64,000 nucleotides of DNA, taken from assembly GCA_043228905.1 (NCBI GenBank), contig JBHGNT010000011.1, forward strand, positions 21,762,001 to 21,826,000, given 5' to 3'. A program made the position numbers and the translations under genes. The notes under the pieces were generated by a model that was not told the origin of the DNA, did not search any database, and worked only from the letters and a program-made list of their open reading frames with translations. The stretch comes from Azolla caroliniana (taxonomy: Eukaryota; Plantae; Polypodiophyta). Below are positions 10,962 to 23,722 of the stretch, piece by piece. Each line of letters opens with the position of its first letter. The stretch's first letter is position 1.

Positions 10962-13935
10962 CAACGTTACGTAGTCTCTCTTCTTCTTGCACCAACAAGA
11001 AAATGACAACAACAACTTACTCCTAGTTTGCCCTAAGTCATATTTATACTAATATGACTTTTCGGCTATTTACAAATATAGCCTCGATGGACTATCAAAA
11101 AACATATTTACGAATATGTCTCTTCATCCGGTTCTCCGTAGCCGGGTACTCCTCATCCGGTCTTCACCAGGTCTGCTTCATCCAGTTCTCCGTAGCCGGG
11201 TACTCCTCATCCGGTCTTCACCGGGTCTGCATCATCCGGCTCTCCGTAGCCGGGTACTCCTCATCCGGTCTTCACCGGGTCTGCATCATCCGGCTCTCCG
11301 TAGCCTCGGCCGAGATTGTTCATCGGCACTGTTCTTCTCCCTTCCCATCCGGAGGGACCTGTCTCCCAACAAACTCCCCCTTCACTTCGGCATGGGGTGT
11401 CTTACCAGTCCGATTCTCTTCCGGCATGCATCCAGCTTGTCAGGTGTCAGCACTTTGGTCAACATATTTGACCCGTTCTCGGCCGTGTGAATCTTCGTCA
11501 GTGCGAACTCCTGGTCATCTACTCTTTCCCGGATCCAGTGATACCTCCGCTGGATATGCTTCGTCCAGGAATGGTAGGCCGCATTCTTAGCAAGGTGAAT
11601 GGCACTTTGACTATCGCAATAGAGTCGGTATTCTTCTTGCCGGATACCAAGCTCTCCTATGAAGTCCTTCATCCATAATATTTCCTTGCCGGCTTCCACA
11701 GCCGCCATGTACTCCGCCTCTGTGGTTGACAATGCAACCGTCTTCTGCAGCCTCGACTGCCACGAAACAGCTCCCCGGATGTTGACCGGCCGGTATCCAC
11801 ATCAGCCGACATGTCCGAATCGGTGAAACCGTCCAGTTGAGGTTTTCCGGAGCCGAATCGGAGACACATATTTGAAGTGCCCTTCAAATACTGGAGTATC
11901 CATTTGACCGCGTTCCAGTGCTCCTTGCCGGGATTGCTCATAAACCGGCTCACCACTCCGACTGCGTATCCTATGTCCGGTCGGGTACACACCATAGCGT
12001 ACATCAAGCTCCCGACGGCAGAGGCATATGGAATCTTCATCATATCCGCCTTCTCTGCTTTCGTCTTCGGGCTTTGCTTACCGGATAGCCTGCAATTTGC
12101 AGGAAGTGTCGATCCGACCGGTTTCGCTTCTGACATGTTGAACCGGTGAAGCACCTTTGTCACGTACTTCTCCTGTGACAACCATAATTGCTTCTTAGAC
12201 CGGTCCCGAATGATGTGCATCCCCAGCATCTGTCTTGCCAGACCCAAGTCTTTAATTGAGAAGGTCCGGTTTAGAGCCTTCTTCAGCATCCGTATTTTGA
12301 CTTGGTCACGTTCGACGATCAACATGTCATCGACGTACAGAAGGAGTATTAGGAAGTCGCCTCCTTCGAACTTCTTCACAAACACACAGTGATCGGCCTG
12401 TGTCTTGTGGTACCCTTGATCGGTCATGAAGGAGTCGAACTTCCGGTACCACTGTCGGGGTGCCTGCTTCAGTCCATAGAGGCTCTTCTTCAACCGGCAT
12501 ACTAGGTGCTCCTTCCCTTTCTCCACAATACCTTCCGGTTGCTGCATGTAAATCTCCTCTTCGAGGTCGCCGTAAAGGAATGCCGTCTTCACGTCCAGCT
12601 GTTCTACCTCGAGGTCCATGCTTGCCGCTATACTCAGCACCGTCCGGATGGAGGTCATCTTTACTACCAGGGCAAATATCTCGTCGAAGTCCACGCCCTT
12701 CTTCTGATGGAACCCCTTCACCACGATCCTGGCTTTGTATCTCGGGGGGTTGCCGGCATCTCCCGGTTTCAACTTGTACACCCACTTGTTTCGGAGTGCC
12801 CGCTTTCCTTTCGGCAACTCCACCAATTTGTACGTATGGTTCTCATGCAGGGAATCCATCTCGTCCTGCATGGCACTTAACCATTTTCGGCTGTGGGTGT
12901 CATCCTCCGCTTCTTTGAAGCTTTCCGGCTCCCCCTCATCGGTCAGCAGAACATGCTCTGCATCCGGAAATCTCCGGGGGGCCCTTCTCTCTCTGAGAGG
13001 ATATCTCCATCTTTGGGTTTCGGTAACCGGCTCCTCCATTTGCTCTTCATCCGAATATGATTCGGGGTCTAGGCCGGTTCCGGTCTCAGCTTCCTCTACT
13101 TCTTCTTCTGCCGGTTCGGTATCCTCACCGTATCCGGCTGGTTCTTCGAGTGCTAACCGGTCTCTCGCCGGTTGGGTCTGCTCATCGTAGAGTTGATCCT
13201 TACCGGTCGACTCGGAGTTCATTATCTTCTTCTCCGACTCCCAGTCGGCGAGTGTCTTGTCCTCCATGAAGATAATATCTCGACTCCTGAATACCTTCTT
13301 GTCGACCGGGTCCCACACTCGGTAGCCGAACTCATCGTCACCGTAACCGAGGAATATGCATGGCCGGGTCTTTGGGTCTAACTTTCCTCTCTGGTCCTTT
13401 GCTACATGCACGTACGCGAGACACCCGAACACCTTCAGATGCCGGTAGGCCACTTCCTTACCAGTCCATACTCTCTGTGGCGTGTCTCTGTCCAAGGGTA
13501 CTGAGGGTGATCTGTTTATCACGTATGTCGCCGTCGACAGTGCCTCAGCCCAAAACTTCTTGGTTAGTTTTGCATGCGCTAGCATACTCCGGACCCTCTC
13601 CATTATGGTCCGGTTCATCCTCTCAACCAGTCCGTTTAGTTCCGGCGTCTTCAGCACGGTAAATTCGAGCCGGATTCCCTTCGAGCGGCAATACTCCTCA
13701 AACTGCCCCCGGTATTCACCTCCGTTATCTGCCCGAACCGCCTTCAGCTTCCGACCGGTTTCTCTTTCCACTCTCGCGTGGAGCTCTTTGAAGACGGATA
13801 ACACCTGATCCTTTGTCTTCAACGGTGTGGCCCACAGCTTCCGGCTGTGGTCATCTATGAACGTCACGAAGTACTGCGCTCCGGCATGTGACTTCGTGTC
13901 TACTTGACACACATCCGTATGCACCAACTCCAGTA
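10698..13935 (-). mobile_element. Ty1/copia element 'Copia-B', 5'-truncated (integrase, RT, RNase H, PPT, 3' LTR)
   Basis: LELVHTDVC, FIDDHSRKLW, YKARIVVKGF, LYGLKQAPRQW, LYVDDML, TEAEYMA, TKHIQRRYHWIRE; PPT AAGTGAAGGGGGAG at ~11374-11387; LTR 10698-11371 (TGTTGGG...CCCGACA on the minus strand). Confidence 0.9.
11125..11305. repeat. 54-bp tandem repeat (~3.3 copies) in the Copia-B LTR
   Basis: Unit CATCCGGYTCTCCGTAGCCGGGTACTCCTCATCCGGTCTTCACCRGGTCTGCWT. Confidence 0.9.
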
Positions 13936-13949
13936 GTCGTCTGCTGCCA

Positions 13950-14252
13950 AGCCGCCGTCGGGGAGCTCTCGGCTCGTCGCGCCGAGCGGGGTCTTGCACA
14001 GGAGGCCGCCAAAGCAAACCCTAAGCAGAACACGAAGGGGGAGAAGAAGAAACCTAACTCTAAACCTAACGGTATACCCTCTAATGCAAAATGGGCAACC
14101 CCTACACAAAGGGCGCTCCCTTCCTTTTATAGAACAAGGAAAGGGATGTGTTACAATGTGGGACAAATCCCGACTTTCATGGGATCGTCTGTCCCGACTT
14201 GACTACTCTTCGGCGCCATAAAGGCGCCCTCGATATTCACACTAAATGTACA
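13950..14252 (-). repeat. Truncated gypsy-type LTR fragment at a deletion junction between Copia-B and Gypsy-A pol
   Basis: Shares GGGGTCTTG, AAACCCTAA, GGTATACC, GGCAACCCC and CCTTTTATAG blocks with the solo LTR at 17709-18382; ends not resolvable. Confidence 0.6.
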
Positions 14253-15347
14253 AGGGTTCGAGTCGGATCGGACGGCCCGAGATAACACGAAGTACAAGAC
14301 TGTCGACCGGAAGGTAAGGCGAGTCGCGACACCCTTACCGGAGGGCAGCGAGTTGCGAATCAAGGGGGTCGCGTCGGACCCCAGTTTACGAGATCCGGCC
14401 TGCATAGGGCACGCCTTCACCGATAGAACGCTACAGGAGCTCAAAATCGGTGGGGGCGGGTTCCTACTGCCGGCGGAAGAAGACCGGTTTCGGAGAATGC
14501 TCGGAAGGCACGGGAAAGCCTTCGCATTCTCACCGGAAGAGATCGGGTGCGTAGACCCGACAGTCGTGAAGCCGATGGTGATATTCACGGTACCGCATGT
14601 GACGTGGAATCTCAAGCCAATTTCGGTACTGAGAGCTCACATCCCGAAGCTAATGAAGCTATAGAGGCAGAAAGTCGATATGGGCACCCTCGAACCGTCG
14701 AGTGCCCCGTACTCGAACCGGTGGTTTACCGTACCGAAGAAGAACGGGACGTTGCACTTCATTCAAGACCTGCAACCGGTCAACAGAGTGACCATTCGGA
14801 ACGCAGGAATCGGACCAATGATAGACGAGTTCGCGGAGGCCTTCGCTGGAAGGTCGATCTACTCGATCGGTGATCTGTACTCGGGGTATGATCAGTTCCA
14901 ACTAGCCGTAGAGAGCAGAGACATTACGACTATGCGGACTCCTCTCGGCCTAGTGCGGATGTGTACCCTGCCACAAGGAGGGACGAACTCGGTGGCCCAC
15001 ATGGTGAATGCGATGAACAAGGTGCTGAGGGACTGTATCCCGGACATCACCATGCCATTTTTGGATGACATCCCGATCAAGGGATGTCCGGTGGAGGAAA
15101 AGGACGAAACGATCGGACCGGACAGATGCCGGAGATTCGTGGCGACACACATTGATGACTGCGAGAGGGTGCTGCAGAGGCTAGAGGACGCAAGGCTCAC
15201 CTTCTCCGGGGAGAAATCGCCCTTCGGGCAATCAAAGGTCATGGTCATCGGACATCTATGCGGATCGTATGGCTGGAAACCGTCTTCGGCTAAGGTGGAA
15301 GCCATCTCCGCAATGAAGCCCGACTGTAACTCGGTCACGGAGGTACG
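14253..15347 (+). pseudogene. Gypsy-A pol fragment (reverse transcriptase)
   Basis: KYKTVDRKV, PYSNRWFTVPKKNG, DLYSGYDQ, LPQGGTNS, PFLDDIP; in-frame stop at 14662-14664. Confidence 0.85.
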
Positions 15348-15950
15348 TGTTGGGATTACTGTCCCTTTCGGATGGGATGGTCGGACATCGGAGATGAATG
15401 CCGACAAGCCTGGTTTCGGTTTCGGAACCGGATGATGAAGACCCCGGCTTCAGAGCCGGATGACGAATGTACCCGGAGCGAGATCCGGATGCGGGGACAT
15501 ATCTGTGAATATGTTTGCCAAGGGCCCTTGAGGCTATAGTTGTAAATAGCCCCAAAGTCATATGTGTATAAATATGACTTAGGGCAAACAGTTTTATGTT
15601 GCTTATCATTTTTCTGTTTTTCCACTCAAGAGGAGTGAAGAGAGAGCAGCCGCGAGAGAGATAGAGCGTGAGAGAGGAAGAGGTCGACGCCTCTGTGTAT
15701 TTCCGCCGCCTGTGGCGAAGACAGCGAGCTCAAGGTCGTCGCCTTGCAGCTCGCCATTGTATATTTCTCTGTGCATAGTTTTGGTTCGGAGTCTTGTACT
15801 CCCGTGGTTTTTCCCGTACAGGGTTTTCCACGTTAAATCGTGTGTCCACTCTATTTCTCGCATTTCCCATTTTCTGCAACAACGATTCGTGTGTTTCCTT
15901 GGTTGTGGCCGAGAGGTGAAGTTTGGAAAGTGTCGATTGATTTTCCATCA
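15348..15950 (+). mobile_element. Copia-type solo LTR, related to the Copia-B LTR
   Basis: TGTTGGG...CCATCA; 5-bp TSD GTACG / GTACA; removal restores EVRRFLG in Gypsy-A pol. Confidence 0.88.
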
Positions 15951-16670
15951 GTACACAGGTTCTTGGGAGCATGCGCGTTGTCGTGACGAAAACCGTCCCT
16001 TGCCGTAACCGATGCATAGCAGGCGTGAACCGGCTCTTCACGAGTGCGCGCCCTTAATGTATATAATAGGGAATTAAGTACGAAGGCATATCCGGGTAGT
16101 TAGATTCGGTAGGTAGGAAGTAAATGAGGGAGACGGCTCCCTTCTTGACGCTATAAAGGAGAGGGAGATGCAGGGAGAAGGGATTGCGCATTGAGGAAGA
16201 CAAAGTGCTGTCGGACCGGAACCGAACGCTTCTCCTCTGCCTGTTCTCTATTGCTCTTCTCTACAGGTTTCGGGAGGCTCGCGCTGCTTCGAGGAACGCT
16301 CGTGTGCTTCCGGCAGCACCTCCATCCTATCCCCTTTTCGTGCGCAGACGAACAGGCATCGGCATCTGTTCGCCGGCCTGTTCGGTTGTAACCGCTCACG
16401 TGTTTTGATGTGTACTTGTTATTCGTCAATATACAAACACTTGTGTCTCCCTGTCTCTGTGTCCATTCGCGTCTTCTGTGTTGACGGGCCACGCCCCTGT
16501 GTTTCTTTGCTCATACGTGACCGGGCGTCTCTCTCCTTCTCTTTTCCCCTTCTATCACCTGCTCTTCGGTTCAAGACCCCCATGGTCCCGCCTCGTTTCT
16601 CTACGCACGTGCGTAGTAACGCGACATATTTGGTGAACCCGACATGAAACAGGCGGCAGAGGAACAGAAG

Positions 16671-19475
16671 ATGAGGGGGTCGGATCTTGCAGAGGCCATG
16701 GCTTCAGCCGTGGACCGGATAGTGAGCGCGCGCGAGGGCACCGACGCCCTTGACAAGGCTATTGAGGCGATCGTCGGTATGATCGGCCGGTTCAGTGGAA
16801 AGGATGCCATGAGTTATTTGGCGTCCTACCGGGCGGAGATGTTGATGAGGGATATTCCGAAAGAGAGGCGTCTTGCCGGATTCCCTCGAGTGGCGATGCC
16901 GGGCATCCATGCGGAGGTGCTCGAGGTCCGAGCGGAGCGCGGGACCTGGGAAGAGTTCGAAGGACGGCTCCTGGAGAAATATGGGCTGGATGACGCGCTT
17001 CGAAAGTCGAAGCGGAGCTTCATGGAGTGGGTGGAGTCCCCCAACAAAGGAAGAAATGCGTCGGTACTCCTCCGGGAGTTTGAGGAACGCTTTGCGGGCC
17101 TTTCGGCGCTTGATCGGACCGTTCTGGACACAAGTCGTGTCTTACTGTTTGTCAAATCGGTTGACGCACGGGATCGGGGGCAAGTTGGCTCCTTACTGGA
17201 AACCGAAGACGGGCTGACAACCGACTGGGCCGCAGTAAAGAGAGTCTGCGGCCGTTTTGACAAATGGTGGGAGTGGGCTTTTACAAAGGCGACCGGGGCG
17301 GGACCTGTCGCAGCAAGGAAGCTCGAACAGATATCGCAGGCACGAAGGGAAGAGACCCGGGAGTGGCTCGAAACTGGTTCGTCTTCGACCGGCGTGATCA
17401 GAGGCTTGTCCGGGGGAACAACTTTGGAGGAGTTGACACAAGCGGTAAAGGATCTCCAGATCGCCCAGGCTCAGAAGGAAGGGTGTGATCAGGCTTGTGA
17501 CCGACGGCCTCCGGCAGGAAGTAGGTGCATGTGGTGCGACGAGGTCGGCCACATCCGGAAAGTCTGCGGGGACTTTACAGAGGCTTTGAGAAGCCGGGTA
17601 GTGTACCTGTGGGAAGGTTGGGTGCCCACCAGCGATACCCGAAGGACCCTGAACCGAAACGACGGGAGAGGAGGAATGAAATGGCTGATGGAAGAGGCGG
17701 CAACCCGGTGTCGCGTTGTTACGCGCGTGCGTGGAGAAGGGCGGAACCACGGGGGTCTTGGACTAAGGAGAAGGGGAGAAGGAATAGGACTTCGGAATGG
17801 AGCTTAGCACAAGAAGAGAAAGAATGAACAAGAGGAAGATGGAGGCCAAATGCTCAACAAGATATATTAGAACCGAAAACCGATTACAAAATGGCGGCCG
17901 CGTAGGCCGCACCAAACGACTATGATAAACCCGAAACCCTAATCCGACGAAGAAGAAAAGAAACCCTAACCCTAAAACGAAATGGTATACCTCACTCACA
18001 CTCAAAAATAAGGCAACCCCCACAATGGTGCTCTTCCTCTCCTTTTATAGCACAAGGAGAGAAGACCGTTTTCAAAAAGGGTGCTACAAAATATCCCCTT
18101 TCAATCAATGGGGATATTTCCCTTGATTTTAGGGGAGGTGGGAAGGATGGGTCTTAACTCCCACCTCTACACGAACTACTATGTACCTATCTCTCTCTCT
18201 CACGTGGATGTGCGCGCAAAAGCACATCACCTTTACACTTTACAAATCCTAAGGTGCATTTCTAGCACCATACTTATCACTATCGATAAATAGAAATACA
18301 ACATGTTGATGTGCAACGTTGCACATCGCGGGTTTGCTTGCTTCGCTCGGGTTTCCGCCTACGGACGAAAATCTTCACGACACCGGCACGCGGAGACCGT
18401 CCACTACTCAGCGTCAGCCGGTATTCGGGTCGGGGGTAGCGGGGCCCGGAAGGAGAGCAAAGCCGAGTTCTGGCCGATGGTGTTGGAAGGCCTCGCCGGT
18501 GCCCGACTGAAGAGAGACGAGGCGGACCGCGCGGAGAACTGGGTCTAGGAGGTAACCGGGTGGAGTGACCCGGTCGAAGAAAAGACCGGTTTTGTCGAAG
18601 CAGCTTGCCAGAACTACGAGGCTCTGGTTGAAGACAAACGGGTGGGTAAAATCGGAGGGGCCGGACCCTCACAGAGATACGAAACACGATTCGGGCCGAA
18701 ATGGAACGAGGCCGGTGAGTCCAGTGCCCGGGATAACCACAAGAAGGGCGGATACCGGTTGGGCACGGAGATCGAAAGGACCACGGACCTACGAAAGGTC
18801 CTGGAAGAATGAATCCTCGACAACAAGGTGGAACTGTCGTTATGAGAGGTGCTCGGGATCGCCAAGAAGGAGTTCCACGACTCAATCGTGGACTTGGTGA
18901 AGAGGAAGAGGTTGTCGACGGAGGCAGAACCGGAAAGGCCGGTGGAAGTACGAACGGCGCACATAGAGGACATGGCGCTGGAAGACGAGTGGGCGGAGAG
19001 CCACTATTCGAGGCCACACTGGGCCCGAGCGACCACGGAAACCCCGGTGAAGATCGGAGATGTTTAGGAACCGGTGGTGGCGCTGGTGGACGACGGTTCG
19101 GAAATAAACCTGATGTCCATGGACTTCTACAAGAAGGGGAAATGGCCGATCAACACTAAGCACGAGTGGAAGATACGGGCGGCGACGCGCGCCACCGAGG
19201 AACTACATGGGGCCTGCCCAAACGTGCGAGTCAAGATCGGCGACGTCGAGATAGACCATCACTTCTTTGTGCAGGAAACGTCCTCGCACCCGGTCATACT
19301 AGGGGAACCGTACATTACGGCAGCGCGAATGGAGACCAAGGTGCTGTACAACGGGTCGGCTTACGCGAGGGTCAAGAGTCAGGACGGGCGTCATTCGGTC
19401 CAATTCCTGACGGTGCGACCCAACCACGAGCGAAACAACGAGTCCCTCGGTGGCGAGAACCGAGAGGATTTTTAG
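16671..19475 (+). pseudogene. Gypsy-B gag-protease ORF, interrupted by a solo LTR and premature stops
   Basis: Zinc knuckle CMWCDEVGHIRKVC followed by ...GRGGMK (DUF4100-like, from memory); protease VALVDDGSEINLM...VILGEPY. Confidence 0.85.
17709..18382 (-). mobile_element. Gypsy solo LTR (related family) in Gypsy-B gag
   Basis: Minus-strand TGTCGTGAAG...AACGCGACA; TSD CCGG (17705-17708 / 18383-18386); removal restores EAATRHAETVHY. Confidence 0.9.
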
Positions 19476-22400
19476 AGAGGGCTGCCAAGGCGTGGGGCCG
19501 CGACAATCCGGACAGTCCGAGAAAACCCCACAAATGTACGATAGAAGCGAAACCAAAGAAACCTTGTACCATAAGTAGGAAGTTTTGTTTCTCCGACAAC
19601 GGTGTCGTGATGTGGCATGTCTAGTGCGAGAAAAACTCAAAAATTGAGGATCCACACACATTTCACGAATACTTGTAAAAATGAAAATAAATAAACCTAG
19701 GTCACAATGGCATTGAGTGCATGTAGAGGGTTGCAAGTAGGATTTGAACCTTGCACCTCTAAGGTAAGAGGCAATTGCCTTACCACTAAAGCTACTACTA
19801 AGTGCTTTAGATGTTCTATATTTCTTTCTCATATTCAGTATTCCGTAGGAAACAAACGAACAAAACTGTGTACACAAAACCACGGTTTTAAGCCCATGGT
19901 TTCCTGCATGTCACAAAGCAAAACTGTGTGCACAGAAACCATGGCTCCAAGCCCATGGTTTTGTGCATGGACAAACCTATAAAACCCCTAGTATGGCTTG
20001 TGTAAGGGGGGGCTCAATATGATATGACCATCATCATCACCATCAATAATATAAGCTTCTATTTCTTCTTCTTCGCATCTATCTTGTAATTATTTATCTA
20101 CTTCTGAAAGTGTACAATCTTCAATCTTCTCAACTGTAATAGTTCTTCCTCCAATCTTACATTCACATCATCCTCTTCTCAATACCTTGACGGACATCCT
20201 CCTTGGTCCAAGACCCCAGTGGTCCCGCTCAAGCGAAGCACGCTCGCACGCGCATCTTCGCGACAACGGAGGGTGTACGATAGTCGGCGTCGTAGGCCGA
20301 GAAAAGACAAGGGCGGAAGAGCGACTTTGGGAGTGCGGAGTTCTCGGGCCCAACGAGGAAATCAACGGAGCCGTGGAGGCGGTCTCCTTCGACGATACCT
20401 TGGGAATATTGCGAGGGATGGTCGAAGAGGGCCTTAAAGAGGACCGGACGATACCGGTTTGTTCCGAAGAAATGTACGAAGTCATCGCGGACTTCAGTCG
20501 AGGGCTCGAGTCGGATAGGACGGCCCGGGTTAACACGAAGTACAAGACTGTGGACTGGAAGGTGAGGCCAGTCGCGGCACCCTTACCGGAGGGCAGCGAG
20601 TTACGAATCAAGGGGGTCGCGTCGGACCCCAGTTTACGAGATCCGGCCTGCATAGGGCACGCCTTCACCGACAGAACGCTACGGGAGCTCAAGATTGGTG
20701 GGGGCGGGTTCCTACTGCCGGCGGAAGAAGACCGGTTTCGGAGAATGCTCGGAAGGCACGGGAAAGCCTTCACATTCTCGCCGGGAGAGATCGGGTGCGT
20801 AGTAGACCTGACAGTCGTGAAACCAATGGTGATATTCACGGTACCGCATGTGCCGTGGAATCTCAAACCAATTTCGGTACCGAGAGCTCACATCCCGGAG
20901 CTAATGGAGCTATTGTGGCAGAAAGTTGATATGGGCATCCTCGAACCGTCGAGTGCCCCGTACTCGAACCGGTGGTTTACCGTATCGAAGAAGAACGGGA
21001 CGTTGCGCTTTATTCAAGACCTGCAACTGGTCAACAGAGTGACCATTCGAAACGCAGTAATCGGACCAACGATAGAAGAGTTCGCGGAGGCCTTCGCCGG
21101 AAGGTCGATCTACTCGGTCGATGATCTGTACTCGGTGTACGATCAGTTCCAACTAGCCGTAGAAAGCAGAGACATTACGACTATGCGGAATCCTCTCGGC
21201 CTAGTGCGGATGTGTACCCTGCCACAAGGAGGGACGAACTCGGTGGCCCACATGGTGAATGCGATGAACAAGGTGCTGAGGGATTGTATCCCGGACATCA
21301 CCATGCCATTCTTGGATGACATCCCGATCAAGGGATGTCCGGTGGAGGAAAAGGACGAAACGATCGGACCGGACGGATGCCGGAAATTCGTGGCGACACA
21401 CATTGACGACTGCGAGAGGGTGCTGCAGAGGCTAGAGGAAGCGAGGCTCACCTTCTCCGGGGAGAAATCGGCCTTCGGGCAATTGGAGATCATGGTCGTC
21501 GAACATCTATGCGGAGCGTATGGCCGGAAACCGTCTCCGGCCAAGGTAGAAGCCATCTCCGCTATGAAGCCCTACTGTAACTCGGTCACGGAGGTACGGA
21601 GGTTCTTGGGAGCATGCGTGTTCTACCACATATGGATCCCGCATTACGCCCACGTTGCCGAGCCGCTATATGGGTTGCTGAAAAAGGGGCAAAAATTCGA
21701 GTGGCGAGTCGAGCATACGGAGTCGGTCCGAAAAATGAAGGAGGCTCTTGCTGCAGCTCCGGCGCTCCGGAAGGCTGTCTACGAGAAAGGCACCCCCATC
21801 TACATAATGGTAGATACAAGTCCGACCGGGATCGGATGGGTCGTCAACCAAGAAGATGAGAACGGTATTCGGTTCCCAATTCGGTTCGGCGCGAAGGTCC
21901 TCAGCAAGCGACAACGAGGATACGCCCAGGATAAACGCGAACTCTGGGGTATCGTTTCGGCGGTAAAGGCCGATAAAGACTATCTGATCGGGACAGAGGT
22001 GATTATCGAGACGGACTGCCTGCCGATTCTCGGCATGGTTTCCGGATGCGCAACCCTGGACCTGGCAATGCTCAGGTGGATAGCGTACATCAAGTCCCTA
22101 GATCCGGAAATACGACACATTTCCGGGAAAGACAATGCCATGGCCGACATGCTTTCGAGGGCGCGATTCGACGACGAGGGCGGCATGGTTTCGGAGGACG
22201 AGGAAGCCGGCGTGGACTTCTTCGAGGCGGCTTACGTAACAACCGGAGGGGAAAGCACTCTGGCGCTTAACGATTTCAACGAGAGCAAGTACGACGGGGA
22301 GTGGCTGCAGATTGGGGGATTCTTAAGGATAATGGTGTCGGACGCATCGTGGACAAGGGACGAGGCCAACCGGATCCAGAAGAAAGCGTACCGATTCTTT

Positions 22401-23722
22401 CTCCGGGACGGATACTTGTGGATGCACCCGAAGAAGAGGAACGACATCCCGCTCCGAGTAGTGGCGATGAAGGAGGAACAGGAGGAATTGCTAAAGGCCT
22501 ACCACGACAGCCCCTGGGCTGGACACCGTGGGACGTGAGCCATGTTCGAGAAACTAAAGGGGAAGTACTGGTGGCCGGGACTGTACCGGGACGTACATCG
22601 GTTCGTGACAACTTGTGAGAGCTGTCAGATGCACTCCATAGTCCGACATCAGGATGAGCTTCACCCTACATACCCTCCGGCCATCCACTTCAAATGGATG
22701 GTAGATTTGGTGACGATGCCGATGGGCGTAGGGCAGATGCGATATCTGGTGCTGGCTCGGGAGGACCTGACGAACCAGGTGGAAGGCCGAGCCCTGCAGA
22801 ACAAAACGACCGCGGCCGTGTGTCGATTCGTGATCGAGGACGTGATATGCCGGTACGGGTGCGTCGGGAAGATCGTGGTTGACCGCGGGGAGTTGGAATC
22901 CGAAGAGGCCGACGAGTTGTTCGACCGGTTAGGGGTCAAGCTCTCGCTCACCACAGCGTACAATCCGGAGGCAAACGGGAAGGTGGAGCGCGGGCACAGA
23001 CCAATCGTAAAGCGCTAGTCCGGGCGTGCGAAGGATAGGTCGGGAACTGGCCACGACTGCTACCCTATGCCTTGTGGGCGGACCGGACAACGCACAGTTC
23101 GGTAACCGGGTTCATGCCGTCAGAACTCATGTTCGGACAGAAGCCGATCATGCCGATGGAACGGACGATCTCCTCCTAGGTGACAGTAGACTGGAGTGAC
23201 GAAATGAGTCGGGAAGAACTGCTAGCAGCGCGTATACGACAGCTCGAGCGGAGGCCAGAGGACGTGGAACGAGCGGTGGAGAGACTTCGGACGGCGAGGA
23301 TGAATAACAAAGCCCGGTTCGACCGAACGCACCAGCTCAGACCAAAGAAAATCGAGGAAGGCGACTGGGTGCTAGTCTACGACAGCAGCCTCAACAACCA
23401 GCACCGAGCAACACGGAAGTTTGCAAAGCGGTGGTTCGGGCCTTACGTGGTAACGAGCGCCGACGACAACGGGACGTATCTCCTGGCGGAACTTGACGGT
23501 ACGAGGATGGCGATGCCGGTAGCAGGGAAGCGGGTCAAAGCGTTCAAGAAACGCCACGACGACGAACCGGATCTAAGAGGCCTGGACAGCGAAGACGTAA
23601 AGTCCGAAAGGGAGGACGAACCGATGGATGAAGAAACGGAACCAGGACCAATTTTCTGCAACCAGAACCCAATTTTGGCGCATACCGGTGGATGCTCGGT
23701 TAGGTGGGGGCGGATGTCGTGA
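19466..23722 (+). pseudogene. Gypsy-B pol (RT, RNase H, integrase), entered by -1 frameshift, interrupted by a solo LTR
   Basis: FLDD RT; RNase H VDTS...RELWG...ETDC...ADMLSR; integrase zinc finger YHDSPWAGH...CESC; WMVDLV, YNPEANGKVER; RWFGPY. A few stops and frameshifts. Confidence 0.9.
19603..20265 (+). mobile_element. AT-rich gypsy solo LTR (third LTR type) in Gypsy-B pol
   Basis: TGTCGTGA...CCAAGACCCCAGTGGTCCCG...CGCGACA; TSD ACGG (19599-19602 / 20266-20269); removal restores FSDNGGCTIV. Confidence 0.88.

Noticed and set aside
11125-11305. CRISPR-like appearance of this tandem array and the one at 62631-62972
   Set aside because: Units are contiguous with no unique spacers, there are no cas genes, and the context is eukaryotic.
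13935-13960. Possible eighth NCGN junction (CCGC) at the truncated LTR
   Set aside because: The LTR terminus is not canonical TG/CA and the partner end is deleted, so it was not counted.
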